DNA of 64,000 nt from a virus. Taxonomy: Duplodnaviria > Caudoviricetes. Every line of letters starts with the position of its first letter. Position 1 is the stretch's first letter. Position numbers and translations under genes: made by a program. The stretch covers positions 160,001 to 224,000 of the IMG/VR virus record IMGVR_UViG_3300011989_000257; one strand, given 5' to 3'. The notes beneath the pieces were generated by a model. That model was not told the origin of the DNA. It saw only the letters and a list, made by a program, of their open reading frames with translations, and searched no databases. Shown in pieces: positions 41,205 to 53,917 of this stretch.

Positions 41205-44200
41205 TTATCTCCAAGCATATACTGCTGTATAATTACCCTTACACCCACAATCAATATCACGAGAATAATAATATTTAACGATATCAGAGAATGGGCTGCA
41301 ATTATGTTTCAATATAAACATTCTTGCTTCTTCGTTACGTAAAGTATATCCATTTTCATCGAAAAGATACTGATATATTTCATTATCTCTATCGCATCTA
41401 TATGGGTCTATTGGATTTATAAAGTTCCCATTTTTATCAAAAATGTCTTTTATTTTATTTATTGCCATAGCTTGTTTATTTTTTGAATGTGTTGTATGCC
41501 ATTCTTTGGATTTTCACTGCGTATCTTATGTCTAGAATTGCATTCATAATGGCTTTCTTATGTTCTGTTTCTGGGTGTTCATTAATATATGCCTCTGCAA
41601 AGTCGCATACTTTTTCAAAATTTTTTAAACGGCTTTTTGAAACATTATAAACTATCATAGTTACTAATTTTAATTACTGGTTCAACATCATAATTGTCAC
41701 TTACTAACATTTCTGCCATATATTCTAATCGTCTACATTGTAATTTAAACAACTTTATTTTTTCTTCTTTTGTTAAATTGATTGTTGCCATAGTTAATCG
41801 TTCCAATTTATTATACCATGTGTACTATAATTTGCTTTAGTTTCTGCGATAGTCATAGGAGGCTTACTTCTTCTGCCATTTCCGCTATAATGTACAATAT
41901 TAACACTTGCGTCAATGTCAATACTCATTTTAAGAGCCAAGCAAGGTTCTTTGTATTTTTCCAAAAGAGCAAGAACATCATCGTGTATTTTTTGTGCAAG
42001 ATTTTGTTTCATTTCTTGCATTACCTCATTATCTTTTGTAGTTGTTGCCATAGTTACTTAAGGGCTTTAATTGCTTGGTTAATTTTATCAATAGACCATT
42101 GAACGTTCAAATTCTGCTTATGTCCTCTAAGAAGATATTTTGCAGTATCTAATAACTGAATTATTTCTTCATTATCTTTAACCGTTGTCATAGTCTTTAT
42201 TCATTTTCATTTCTCCACAAAGTATTTTCCATTTTATCAGAATGGGAAAACTCTATGATTTCATCAATATTATTGCATTCATATTTCTTCAAAACACTTG
42301 CATCCATTGTACCATTGTTAACCTCTTTAACTAGGTCGAGCAATGTTTTGTAAGGCGTTAATAAATTCCTTAAATGTGCGCCCAATGTTTCTGTTGCCAT
42401 AGTTATTCAAATTATATGTTCAAGACAATATCTAATACCAGCATCACAAGCTTCCTCATAGGTTTTCCCATATATATGTCCACAAGCATTTACAGTTGCA
42501 TCTATGCCAGAATCACGATAGTATATATCGGCTTCCCATTCTCCATAATCTCTTACTCCAACACTTGTTGTTACTGGGTTAACAACGAGATTATGCTTTT
42601 CTCTCAGCCACTTCATTGCCATTTGGAGAGTACATTTAGGTAGCCAATCAATTTCATTTTCCCAATGACCACACATAGTAGACCCTCTATTAGAATAGGA
42701 AAACAACGTAAAGCCTTCAAATCCTTTTTCTTTCAAGAGTTTTGCTATCTCAAATGAAACATAGTCTTCTGTAATTGTTGCCATAGTTATTAAATTAAAT
42801 TGATATCGCCTTTCCGTCTCCCATATATTTGTTATGTGGGCATCCTTCACACGAATGATGTGTACCCCATTCATCAGTACACCCAGAGTTCCATCTTTCA
42901 TCATCATCTAATGGCCTATCTAATCGTAAACACCATTTTGCCATAACTATTTAATTAAATGTTTTAAGCAATACTTTATTGCTTCTTCACAAGCTTGTTC
43001 ATGGGAATTAAAAGTACCTATAAACCTTCCAAACGGATACCTTTTGTTCAATTCCTCGACATAAGAGTGCCACCTTTCAGTCCAGTGGCAGTCTTCTACA
43101 CTTGGCGCTACATTCACGTAAAGCCTATGCTTTCGTACCAACCACTTCATTGCCATTTGAAGAGTTGGCGCAGATATGATAGAAGCAACACCTTCAATCG
43201 AGAGCTTCCAAGTATGATAGTCATTGCAGTCGGCGTTTGTTAAATCCTTTATCCCAAACTGGCTAAGTCTTAGCAATTCCCCATTATTTGAGAAGACGTA
43301 TTCGGTTTCTTCATTAAATCCCTTCTCTTTTAAGAGTTCTGCTGTCTCAAAAGAAACATAATTTTCTTCAATTGTTGCCATAGTTATTCAGATTTATTTA
43401 AAAGCAATCTTTAAATTTTGCATTTCTACCGTATTTTTCTTTAAACTGATTATGTGTTATTATCTCCACCCTACAAGGGATTCCAAATAGTGAACCATAA
43501 TCAGAATAATATGCAATACGTATTTTCTTTAATACATAGAAAATATACAGTCGTTTCAAATATTTTATAAAGGGGTTTATTAGGAGTATCCACAACAAAA
43601 GGGAAATAACTATAACCCCTACTATTGCACAAATATATATTAAAAAATTCATGTTAATTACAAATAATTTTCTAATTTATCACTTCTATTATTATAGCAC
43701 TCGCACATACTTATGTCAGCTAACGCTAAAAAAACAATTTTAAGCCAATATTTAATTGTTGTCATAAGTTATCTATTATCTAAGTTTATTCTATCTGGGC
43801 ATTCGCCAATATTAAGAGGGTAAAGAAAACATCCAAGACAATAATGATTGTTATATACTTTAACTTTTCTATTATATCTCTTACAATAATATGATTTAAT
43901 TGTGGTCATAGCTGTTTACATAATTCATCATAATGTCCATTTCTTTTTGTGCATTTGTCTGCAATCTTAAATGATAGTTTCATCAACGATATTGTTAAAA
44001 TTGGATAGATTACTATGCAATTAACAAACATTAGCAATGGAAGCCAATGTATATTAATATATCCACTTTCTGTTATAGAAAATAACAAATATGCTACCAA
44101 TGCAAATATAATGGATGCTATAATAAAACCACAAGCACCAGCTAAGCATCCCGCCATTTCTTCATCAGTATGCGGAGTTAAATCTGGAATATCATCTGGA

Positions 44201-44814
44201 TGATAAGATGCCCAAGGATTGATAAATACCATAATCTATAATAACTTTTACGTTTCAAACCAAATTTTCAAGACAATCCTTTTATTACCAACAGATACTT
44301 TCTTGATATGGGTGTGGAAAGAGTTTATCATCCCAAAATGGATAGTAGCCTCCGCAAGCAAATCTTTCATAATTAGCCACTTTGTTATATATGGTATATA
44401 AAACCATGCCATAGATAGGTTTCCCTTCTTCATCTGTAAACAATTTAATCTCCTTTGGCTTTAGCGTTTCTCTATCATAAAGTTTGTCGAATGAATCTTT
44501 ATGTGATGTTTCTGCCTCTTGAATAATTAGTTTGGTGTCACGCTTAATTGCATAACTACAATCATACGTTTTCCCATCATATTCAAAGCAATTTCCATTT
44601 ATTTGATATTCTTCTTTCTTAATTGTTGCCATAGTTATTCAAATTAAATTATCCAGCCGATTTCATACATTCTATTTCCACTTTCGTCTTCGATGGTATA
44701 TCCACGCATATCATCAGAATTTACAACCTTAACACGAGTACCTTTTGCAAATGTACGAGCCAAACAACTATGCTTTTTTGTTGTTACAACCCATTCTCCA
44801 ATTTTTGTTGCCAT
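41205..44814 (-). CDS. Array of small genes, many starting MAT- (41205, 41476, 41794, 42197, 42407-42784, 42795-42944, 42947, 43398, 43906, 44285, 44644-44814)
   Basis: Shared TAACTATGGCAAC start junction; 42407 and 42947 are paralogs (YVSFE.A.LLKEKGF...TLQMAMKWL). Confidence 0.75.
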
Positions 44815-44959
44815 AGTTATTAATATCTTTAATGTTATAGTGCAAATATACGAAAAAAATATGGGATAACCAAAAGATTATCTCATATTTAATATTATTT
44901 AACGTATTTTGTAATTTTACAATCGAGACAATATGCTGAATGCATACTATTGTGTTATT

Positions 44960-47900
44960 TTACTTTTTGTCCAATATTTCCAAGGTATCTTTAAATATTT
45001 CCAAGACATCTTCGATGGCTTTAAGAGCCTCTTCATTGTGGCGGTATTTTAATCTCAGTATTCTCACTTCACATAGTTTCCACAATAAGTCGGTTTCTGC
45101 TCGTTGATAGCCTTGCTGATATATAATCCTTTTATTTAAATTCAAATCATAAGAGCCACGACTATCACCTTCTATTCTTTGTGGATATGCCTTTAACGCT
45201 TCATCTTCTGCTTTGCTCATGGCATTTTTCCTTAAACTCTTTTACTTCGTTTTTCAGTTCTTCTATATTTTTCAGTTCTTTCCCAATGGCGATTTTGATG
45301 TCTTCGTCAGTATTTGCCAATGAATCATTTTTTGATTTCATTCTTTTTATTTCAGTGAAGAGTCTTTTTGCTTCAGCATGTTCAAAAATGGTATAATATT
45401 CTCCATCTCCTATTTCAATTTTGAATGTTCTTGCCAAATCTGGTGAAATGGTCATAAGTTCCCACCCTGAGTCAAAATCTAAACGTATTTTTGTCATGTT
45501 GTTGTTTTCATCGAAACGGTATGATACAGATTTCACCTTGATAGGTGTTATTTCTGTCCCTACTAATTTCCATATATAATCACCTTTTTCAAGCTGATTA
45601 AACATTAAAAATTGGAACTTCTTCTTATGTTCATATTTAATTATGTCGTATATCCAGCATAGGATTGGTGATATAGTTAGTAGAATCAGTAATATTGCAG
45701 TACAAGCTATCATAATTGTCATCATAATTATTATTTTTATGTTATTTAATGTATTCGATTTCAATCACATTTGGTATTTGGTTTCTATCATATAAAAAAA
45801 GATGTCCTTTCCACTGTATGAGGTACACGTTTGATGAATCTGTTGGCATTATTATCCGTTCAATATATGCCTCGTTTGTCATTCCTTCGACTTGTCCTAT
45901 TGATGAACATCCAATTGTCAATAGTACTAACAATGACAATATAATGATTTTTCTCATAAATTTTTAAGTTTATTTAGATATTTTCTATAGACAGCACCTG
46001 AAGAATATGCATCGATTTTATGGTGTAAGATGAAACCATGCGTTTGTAAAAAGATATGTATTTTTCTTATGAACCTTGCTATATCTTGTTTGCTTGTAGC
46101 GATTATTTTCTCTTTTTCATAAGCCATTAATACATGGATTGAAAATTCGTCATCATTTGCATTTTGGGCTGGTATTTCTTCCCTAAAATCGTCTCCAACT
46201 ATTAACAAGGTATCATTACTTGTGAATGTAGCCATTCGAATGCGAACCTTTCTTAATCTGAACCTTTCAGCAATAAACGGATTATATTCACAGAAATACA
46301 AATATCTACCTTTTATTTTTAATTTATTTTTATTTCTCATAAAGATTCGATTGCTTTATCGTATATATTTGAGCCAACCTTTGTGATATAATCTCTAGAG
46401 TCAACGCCTTTTAAAGTAATAAGAGCAATTTTATCCGTAAATGGATTATCCAATATTTCTATAGCCTCTTTTAATTGTTTTACGTTGTCAAAATAAACGT
46501 AGTAATCTGGTTTATTACCACTATTAAGAACTATTCTTATACGTAGTCTTGATGTTTCTGAACGTCTAATATCATAGTATGCAATATCCTTTGCTTTGAT
46601 TTTTGTGATATTGTCGATACCGCATGCAAATAATTTACTTTTTTCTTCGTTCATTTGATTGTAATCGTAGTTCATATGAAAATTATTTTTTCGTTTGATG
46701 CAAAGATACGAAAAAATCGTGAGATAACCAAATATCTCACGTTAAAATATCTTAATACCGAGAACGATATGAATCCCAATATCTCTGTGATTCAACGATT
46801 ACATTTTGTAATGTCCCTTCTCTAATTATTCTCCCATCCACACCAAAGAATGATGTACCATCCCTCACGTGATTTATGGATAACAAATTGTCCACTGTTT
46901 TTCTATGTAATGTGACTATTCTTTCAATGACATCATCGTATGAAATCCATGAATGGTAACATAATTCATTTTGTGTTATTTCAGCCAATGCGACTGCTGT
47001 TAGTATTTTCTTTAGGATTAGCCATGCGCTTCCTCCTTCTTCAATACTTGTTTGATGGAGCAACTTTGCTGATACCTTTAATTGTCCTTTTGTTAAGTTA
47101 AACATCGCTTTCTGCTGCTGTTACTATTTCGAAATCTGTTTGTTTATGGTCTCTTTGGAATACATGAAATTTAATTGAGCATTGTTCATATTCTTTTCTG
47201 AACTTAATTGCATCTTTATATCCAGTTTTTTTATTTTGATAGAGTATCGTTTCAGAATGGTGTATATCTTTTCCCTTCTCTTTGTAAGAAACATCCAATA
47301 CATGGAATTCCTTCACCTCATCGAATTTATCCTCGAAATCAGTAATTGCATCCATTAAGGTATCTTCAGACAGCATGGAGCAAGGAAACCAAAAATCATT
47401 ATCAGGTTCCATGAAATAATATTCATCACCATTTGGGTTTGAATCGGTACTGACTTGTATTTTCCTTATAATTTTTATGTGCGCCTCTAGCGAAGGGGTG
47501 TTAGAAAAATTGCGTTTAAAACCAGTAAGATATATATTCCCATTTAATTTTATTGGTTCTAGCTCGATTCTGTCAACATAATCAGAAGTTAAATCTGTAG
47601 TATTGTTGAAGAATGTCATTATCATTTGCTGAGCCAAATATGAATTAATTGTAGTCATGCTTCTTTGATTTTTATGAGTTCTTTTTTTGCTTTATTATAT
47701 TTATATCCTGTTATCTGTAATAGATAAGAAATCTCTTTATATGTGCAAATGTCTAATTTGGTTATGACATCTGTAGATAAACGACTGCATATATTATTTG
47801 GAGGAGGACATGTGTCAAATAGTTTTTCTACCATGTTAATCAAGGCTTCTTTTTTGTATTGCTTAAATTTCGTTTGTATTTCCACAAAAGAAACCAAAGA

Positions 47901-49187
47901 ACGATATATACGTCTACTTTCAATATAGTTGGATTTTAAAGTAACCCATTTATTCTTTGGGTTGTTTTTATCGCTAACCAAGATAAAGTCACATTTCCCA
48001 ATCATAGTCAATATTTAGTATTTCCTTTAGATTTTTATTAATGGTATTTTTTCCAATTCCTCTTTTAAAATTTTTTTTGACATAGTTTGTAACAAAAAAT
48101 TTTTCCTTATCGAAATCATAATATCCCTTTGCCATTGTTTTTTTATTACAAGCTAGCCTACAGAAAATCTTACTTCCATCGTGATTCGATGCAAAGGCAA
48201 ATAACTCGAATCTATCTCCCATTGGTCAAAGAGTTTTTAATTTGCCTCTCGTAGTATGAGAGCCAATTGATTAACATTGGTTTTTTGCTTTGGAAATTAT
48301 CTTCATTAAGATTGTCTAACGCAGCCTTTCTGAAAGCATTTGCGTTTCGTTTAACTTTTTTCATTAAACTTTCTGACGAAGAAAGGTTTTCGCCAAACAT
48401 ATCGTCTTTAATCACATTTCCATCCAAATGGTCAAATGCTCTTTTCATGAAATCAACACGTTCCTTAAATGTGTCTTTTGTTAATTCGTTGATTGAATCG
48501 ATACAGTTTAAGAATATTTCATCAACTTCCTCTAATGTATTTCTATTAATCATAATAATTTTCCGAAATTATCTTTTATATTGTAATTAAAATAGCAAAA
48601 GCGTCCCCCACCATTCCGATATGTTCTATATGCATTATCAATCAAGGAAATAGTTCCCATGCATGCTTTAGGTTCAGTGAACATAGCATAAGGTGTTCTC
48701 CAACAGCATGCATCTTCTCCTTTCTGCTTTTCCAAGCAAGCCCATACAATTGTTTTGAAGAAAAGCAACTCATCAATTGGTCTTTTATTTCTCAATTCTC
48801 TGTATAATTGTAGAATTTTATCTGTACTCTCACTCGCAAGCCCAAATATATTTTTTCGTTTCATAGCAATTTTCCGAAATCTTTTTCTTTTTTGTAACCG
48901 AATGGATGTACTGCCTCACAAAGAAACATTATGTATCCTAAAGGTGTTTTACTTTTTCCCGCTCTCACACCGTTTTGTATGATTTCCAAATATTTGCTGA
49001 CGCTAACATAACATTTGTGGCATTTGCCATCGAATATGGTAGTCTCACTTTGTGCTTCTATCATTTTGGTAACAAACGATTTAACACTTAGTAGTTTATA
49101 TAAATCATGCTTTTGCTTAGCATCTTTATATATTGCAAAAATATATTCAAAATCATTTTTTCCAACAATTTTTTCCAATCTAGTCAT
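44960..49187 (-). CDS. Run of hypothetical proteins (44960, 45201, 45742 lipoprotein-like, 45954, 46337, 46752, 47098, 47655, 47989, 48212, 48550, 48861)
   Basis: Packed ORFs after promoters 46699 and 49204. Confidence 0.65.
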
Positions 49188-49284
49188 GCCTAATTTAATT
49201 TGTAGCAAAGATATGGAAAAAAAATCAATTTCACAAAAATTAACTGTTAAAAAAAACTAAAAGGACGGATTAAAAATCCATCCT

Positions 49285-49981
49285 TTAGTCAGCAGCCTCT
49301 AACGCTACTTCTAGTTCTTTTTCATAATTACATTTTGTTTTTGCTATAGTGCTAGAAACATTTTTTCTAGGGACAATATTTTTTTCTTTCGAGATTTTTT
49401 TAATTTGTTTAGCTTCATCTTCTGTTGCCATTTTAATGTCTTTTGGGTAAACGTTATATCGTTTTCCAGTATTAACATCAATAACACAATGTGAAGAATC
49501 TAATTGATATGTGCATTCAAATATTCCTAGAAATTGTTCGCCACTCCATTTTTTGCAACTAACACAATCTCCGCTATTAAAAACTATTTTTCCCATTGTT
49601 TTTTTTCCTTTAAATTGTTCCAATATCAGCAACAACCAATTCAAAATCAGTCATTTCTTTAACCTCTACAGCTTCTTCATATTCTACTTTTAATTTTGGA
49701 ATCAGTTTTGGCTCTTCTTTTTTGTGGGGTTGGCTTTCTGTTTTTTCAAACATTGAGTTAAATCGTTTATCTAACTTGTCGTATATTTCAATTGTTTCTT
49801 GCTCAGTGGCATCAACCATTGAATCACCTCTTTCTTCTTTTATTAGATATTGTTGTTCGCCATCCCAAACGATATGACTATTCCCTATATCACTTTGATG
49901 AAGTGCTAAAAATTCTCTTCCGTCTTTCTTCTTACATCTAACAACTTTCCATGCACGAAAAAAATCAATTCGCCTTTCCAT
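49285..49981 (-). CDS. Two related hypothetical proteins (49610-49981, 49285-~49596)
   Basis: Shared V.CKK..G..FL...SH..D...Y...ATE.E pattern. Confidence 0.7.
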
Positions 49982-50087
49982 GTTTACTTTTTTTAATGCA
50001 AAGATATCGAAATTAAATGAGATAACCAAATATTACCTCAAGTTTTAACATTAATTATGAGAGATTTACATTTGCTCTTGAATGCGC

Positions 50088-50459
50088 TTATTTTGTATTT
50101 GGTTTTTCAATTTCCTTCCAAAACAGAATATCATCGAATTCCACAACATCATCAGAGCCTACGAAATCAAAATATCTGTTACAACTACCATCAGAACTTT
50201 CATCAGCATATGATACCACAACCCTTTCTGACAAATCCTTCATAATGACAACATAATAGGTTGAAGACCAGTCAACATATTCATCGAACAAGTCTTTCTC
50301 AGACTGTTTATGCCACTCATTAATGCATTTTGTCTTAAGGCCAATAAGCCAATCCACGAGTTTATCATACTCAGACTGTCCAAGGCATTTGGTAACGTCC
50401 AATACGCTAATGATTCTATCTATCATTTTTACGTCTTTATTCTTCATTCTAACCTTCAA
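50088..50459 (-). CDS. Hypothetical protein
   Basis: ORF. Confidence 0.7.
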   Translation of the reverse strand: MKVRMKNKDVKMIDRIISVLDVTKCLGQSEYDKLVDWLIGLKTKCINEWHKQSEKDLFDEYVDWSSTYYVVIMKDLSERVVVSYADESSDGSCNRYFDFVGSDDVVEFDDILFWKEIEKPNTK

Positions 50460-51003
50460 TATACATTACACCTTGTCTGTTGAACATATCGATTACATTA
50501 TTAGCATCCATGTGTTTGATAAGCTTTCCAGGCCATCCTCTGAGTGGAACTTTCTCTTCCAATAGTCTTCCAAGCTCACAATCAAATCTTCTGCTATTCA
50601 TAGCAATGTCTTCATCACTATAGTCATAGATACAGTTATCCCAAGCCTCTGCTACATTCGAGATAAACATTGATGTTGCAAATGCCTTTAGGTGATGGTC
50701 TTCACAGAAGTTTGCAGCATAGCACCACACACAGATTACGTTCTTTGCTCTGATAAGATGTACATTGTTCTCATGGAGAATATACATTCCCTTATCGAAG
50801 TCTGGAAACAACAATCCATTCTCTGTGCCATGACCAGCAAAGATAAGTGTATCTTCTTCCTTTGCAATGGCTTCATCAACCTTATCCTCCCAATTAATTG
50901 AGTCCTTGGTAATCTCAATAAGATTGACATTTAGCTGACCTTCCCATATCTTCGGTAGGGTCATACAATCAATGTCGTTATTATTAGCAAAAATTACAGT
51001 CAT
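50449..51003 (-). CDS. Possible caspase/gingipain-fold cysteine peptidase
   Basis: LIFAGHG ... VICVWC His-Gly/Cys dyad pattern after beta strands. Confidence 0.45.
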   Translation of the reverse strand: MTVIFANNNDIDCMTLPKIWEGQLNVNLIEITKDSINWEDKVDEAIAKEEDTLIFAGHGTENGLLFPDFDKGMYILHENNVHLIRAKNVICVWCYAANFCEDHHLKAFATSMFISNVAEAWDNCIYDYSDEDIAMNSRRFDCELGRLLEEKVPLRGWPGKLIKHMDANNVIDMFNRQGVMYIEG

Positions 51004-51436
51004 CTTCTACGTATGTTTCTTCTTCAAAAATCAGTTTCTCACTCACAATCTCACCAACTTGGTTTTCCCAATAAGCAGTGCCCTTGGGTATTGTGCATTC
51101 TATTACTACTGTCTTATGGTCTCCGCCATACTTGCCATTATTTTGATATATTTTTTGACCGCCTAGATGTCTAAGGCTTTTAACCTTTATATCTCCACCG
51201 CATAGCTGTTTCATTTCAATGTCCCAAGCATAGGAATGGAAACCAGCCTCAATAGCAACCCCAAAATTTCTTCCGTATATTGGGGTTACTTTGGTGCTGT
51301 ATTCCTTACCTAGTTCATATTCGAACCATTCTTGGTAATATCCATAATAACTTCCCTTGAACTTATCGACAATCTTTCTTGTCTTAATGTCCTCAGCTGC
51401 TATCTTCTCATCATTTACTTTACCTACCCAACACAT
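50984..51436 (-). CDS. MCW paralog
   Basis: MCW.GKV.D..IA..GFH.Y...V.EC.IPKGT.Y..N..GEIV. Confidence 0.8.
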   Translation of the reverse strand: MCWVGKVNDEKIAAEDIKTRKIVDKFKGSYYGYYQEWFEYELGKEYSTKVTPIYGRNFGVAIEAGFHSYAWDIEMKQLCGGDIKVKSLRHLGGQKIYQNNGKYGGDHKTVVIECTIPKGTAYWENQVGEIVSEKLIFEEETYVEDDCNFC

Positions 51437-51442
51437 AGTTTC

Positions 51443-51964
51443 TTAATCAAATAACCAATTTTTCTTAACCTCTCTGAATCTCATTGGTTGCTCATTCTTT
51501 GGAGCACCCAATTCCCAACGAAAGTATAAACACGGTGTCACAATTTCGCCATACTTATTAATGTAATATTCTGTTCCCTTTGGGATTACACACTCTACCA
51601 CAACGGATTTCCATACACTCACATATAAGTCATATGTTTGCATTATGTTTCCAAATCTACGACTACTTCCAACACATAGTATTTTAGTTGGTTTCTCTTT
51701 GCTATATGGGTTTTTTTGATAGCCAAGAGTTATATGCGCATTCTGGGAATAGCAATGAAATCCTTGATTGATACTAGCATCTAGTCCCAAAGTTCTAACC
51801 TCAAGTGGCTTAATAAGGGTATATCGATGACCCATTTCATAATTTTTGCCTTGGAATGGAGAACGGTATTCCTTATTCTTTATTCCCCACCGTTCCAAGA
51901 CCTTATACACGATAATATTTTGTTTGGCAATTCTCTTATCATCTACTTTACCTATCCAACACAT
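51443..51964 (-). CDS. MCW paralog
   Basis: Same motifs as 50984. Confidence 0.8.
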   Translation of the reverse strand: MCWIGKVDDKRIAKQNIIVYKVLERWGIKNKEYRSPFQGKNYEMGHRYTLIKPLEVRTLGLDASINQGFHCYSQNAHITLGYQKNPYSKEKPTKILCVGSSRRFGNIMQTYDLYVSVWKSVVVECVIPKGTEYYINKYGEIVTPCLYFRWELGAPKNEQPMRFREVKKNWLFD

Positions 51965-52257
51965 AGTTTATTTAATTTTTCTTCCAAATCTTTGATGTGG
52001 TCTTTTACTACTTTCTTCAAGTCTTCTTTATTAAAATATATTGTTACATAGTCATTATATTTAGCTTTTGTTTTGGCCAAGTCAGATGTACAGAACCATT
52101 CCTCATATTTATTTTTAAAGAAAAATATTGTTACTCCGTATTTATCAAACTCGGTTTTTGATACACTAAATATATCAAAATCATGTGTTTTGCTATCATA
52201 ATAATATAGTGAATCGCCTACCTTTAAATCATTAAATGTTACTTTCTTTGTATTCAT
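51952..52257 (-). CDS. Hypothetical protein (start MNTKK)
   Basis: After promoter 52274. Confidence 0.7.
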   Translation of the reverse strand: MNTKKVTFNDLKVGDSLYYYDSKTHDFDIFSVSKTEFDKYGVTIFFFKNKYEEWFCTSDLAKTKAKYNDYVTIYFNKEDLKKVVKDHIKDLEEKLNKLCVG

Positions 52258-52612
52258 ATTATCTTTTTTTTTTTGCAAAGATACGAAAAAAAATTGAGTT
52301 GACCAAATGTCAACCCAACTTTTTAACAGAGTTTAATCTTAACGATTTAAGTTCTTCAAGCCATCTAGCCAATTGAAGATGGTCTTCAGCGCATCCTTTA
52401 ACTGAACAAGTAATAGCTTTTTCTTTGCAGTGAGCTATTGCTTCATCCAAGGTCATTTTCATCAATATTTTGATTCTTCTGTCAATGCTCCACGTTTACA
52501 TCTTCTTTCAGGTGTTAAATGTGGATAACCAAAATAATGACAATACCACCTTTCATGTCTTTTAATTTCTTCGTCTGCCATAATAGTTAAAAATTAAACA
52601 ATAAAAAAAAAT

Positions 52613-52650
52613 AGGCACACCCCTCACATTTTCATGTGAAGAGTATGCCT
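52613..52650 (-). terminator. Intrinsic terminator
   Basis: AGGCATACTCTTCACAT..ATGTGAGGGGTGTGCCT + T tract. Confidence 0.75.
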
Positions 52651-52774
52651 TACTGTTACAGTGACCTTTATATATTATATATAGGTATGTTGGCTTTCAA
52701 TAAATTCAATGCAAAGATATGAAAAATAATTGAGATAACAAAATATTTATAGTTAATTAACGTTAATAAAAAAA

Positions 52775-53917
52775 ATGAAAAGAATACATATAAATGAGAC
52801 CCAATTGAACGAAATTCAATTTGGTGACGGATTTTGTGCTGGAACTGACCAACCATATTATGAGAACGAGGAGACTGGAGAAGTCTATGAAGCGACTTGG
52901 AATGGAGATTATGGATTTCCATTTGGCTATTGGCCAATCGATTATAACGGTAGCATGAAATTCGCTGTTGGTGATGCTTATACAACCCATGCAAATGCTT
53001 GCGGCAAGTGTGCTAAAGAGTATTTCAATGACTCCATGTATGAACAAATAGATGATGCAGCATGTCAACTTTCAGATGCAATGGAATCATTTGCTTCTGA
53101 CTTTCAAGAGTATGGGTATCAATATAATGAGGAAAGCGGTTTATGGGTATCAGCAGATGGCAGCGATGAAAGGGATTTGGATGATTTCATAAATGAGATA
53201 GAAGACCAAGTTTCTACCCCAATTAATATGCGTGATTATATCAGTGAATTTGTAGATAACTATACTCAAGGTGACACGAATATCCCAAGTAGTAGTGAGA
53301 TATATGAGTATATGAATGACGATATTTCAGATACATATGATTTCACGGATAAGGATGATATTAATTATGCAATGGAACAATTGGGCATGGATTTCTACCA
53401 ATACTTTGAAATGGGAAGAAATGAAGGTAGGATTTGGCCTGAAAGGGAAATGATTGGTTTCTATGAATCAGAGCAGCCAGACCCAGAGACATTGCACGAT
53501 ATTCTTTATGCATTGCAAGATAATGGAATTGCAAAAGTCAGTGACATGCTCCAATATCACATGGTCTTTGAAGATTGGAGAAATGATGGCACTATTACCG
53601 CATGTACAATACAAGACTACATCGATGGAAACTACGGTCCAGAATCATATGAGGATGAAGAATCTGATGAGCCAATACAATATAATAATGGACAAAAGAC
53701 CGTGTTCGTGCCTCATTTGGCAAACCAAGACCAAAAGAGAGAGTATTTCAAGGATTTTAGAAACACTAGAGATAGGGCTGTCTATACGCCTAGAGAAAAG
53801 GCAGCTGGAAACCTTGCAGCATATCATGCAATGCGTTATCCATATGGCGAATCTGAGAAAAAAATAGGAAATATTATAAAAGAGGTTATAAACAAAATGA
53901 TAAAGATGGAAAGCTAA
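52775..53917 (+). CDS. Acidic 380-aa protein, possibly late / virion-associated
   Basis: Lone plus-strand gene without an early promoter; AATATTTATA upstream; terminal INETQLNEI / IIKEVINK motifs. Confidence 0.75.
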   Translation: MKRIHINETQLNEIQFGDGFCAGTDQPYYENEETGEVYEATWNGDYGFPFGYWPIDYNGSMKFAVGDAYTTHANACGKCAKEYFNDSMYEQIDDAACQLSDAMESFASDFQEYGYQYNEESGLWVSADGSDERDLDDFINEIEDQVSTPINMRDYISEFVDNYTQGDTNIPSSSEIYEYMNDDISDTYDFTDKDDINYAMEQLGMDFYQYFEMGRNEGRIWPEREMIGFYESEQPDPETLHDILYALQDNGIAKVSDMLQYHMVFEDWRNDGTITACTIQDYIDGNYGPESYEDEESDEPIQYNNGQKTVFVPHLANQDQKREYFKDFRNTRDRAVYTPREKAAGNLAAYHAMRYPYGESEKKIGNIIKEVINKMIKMES

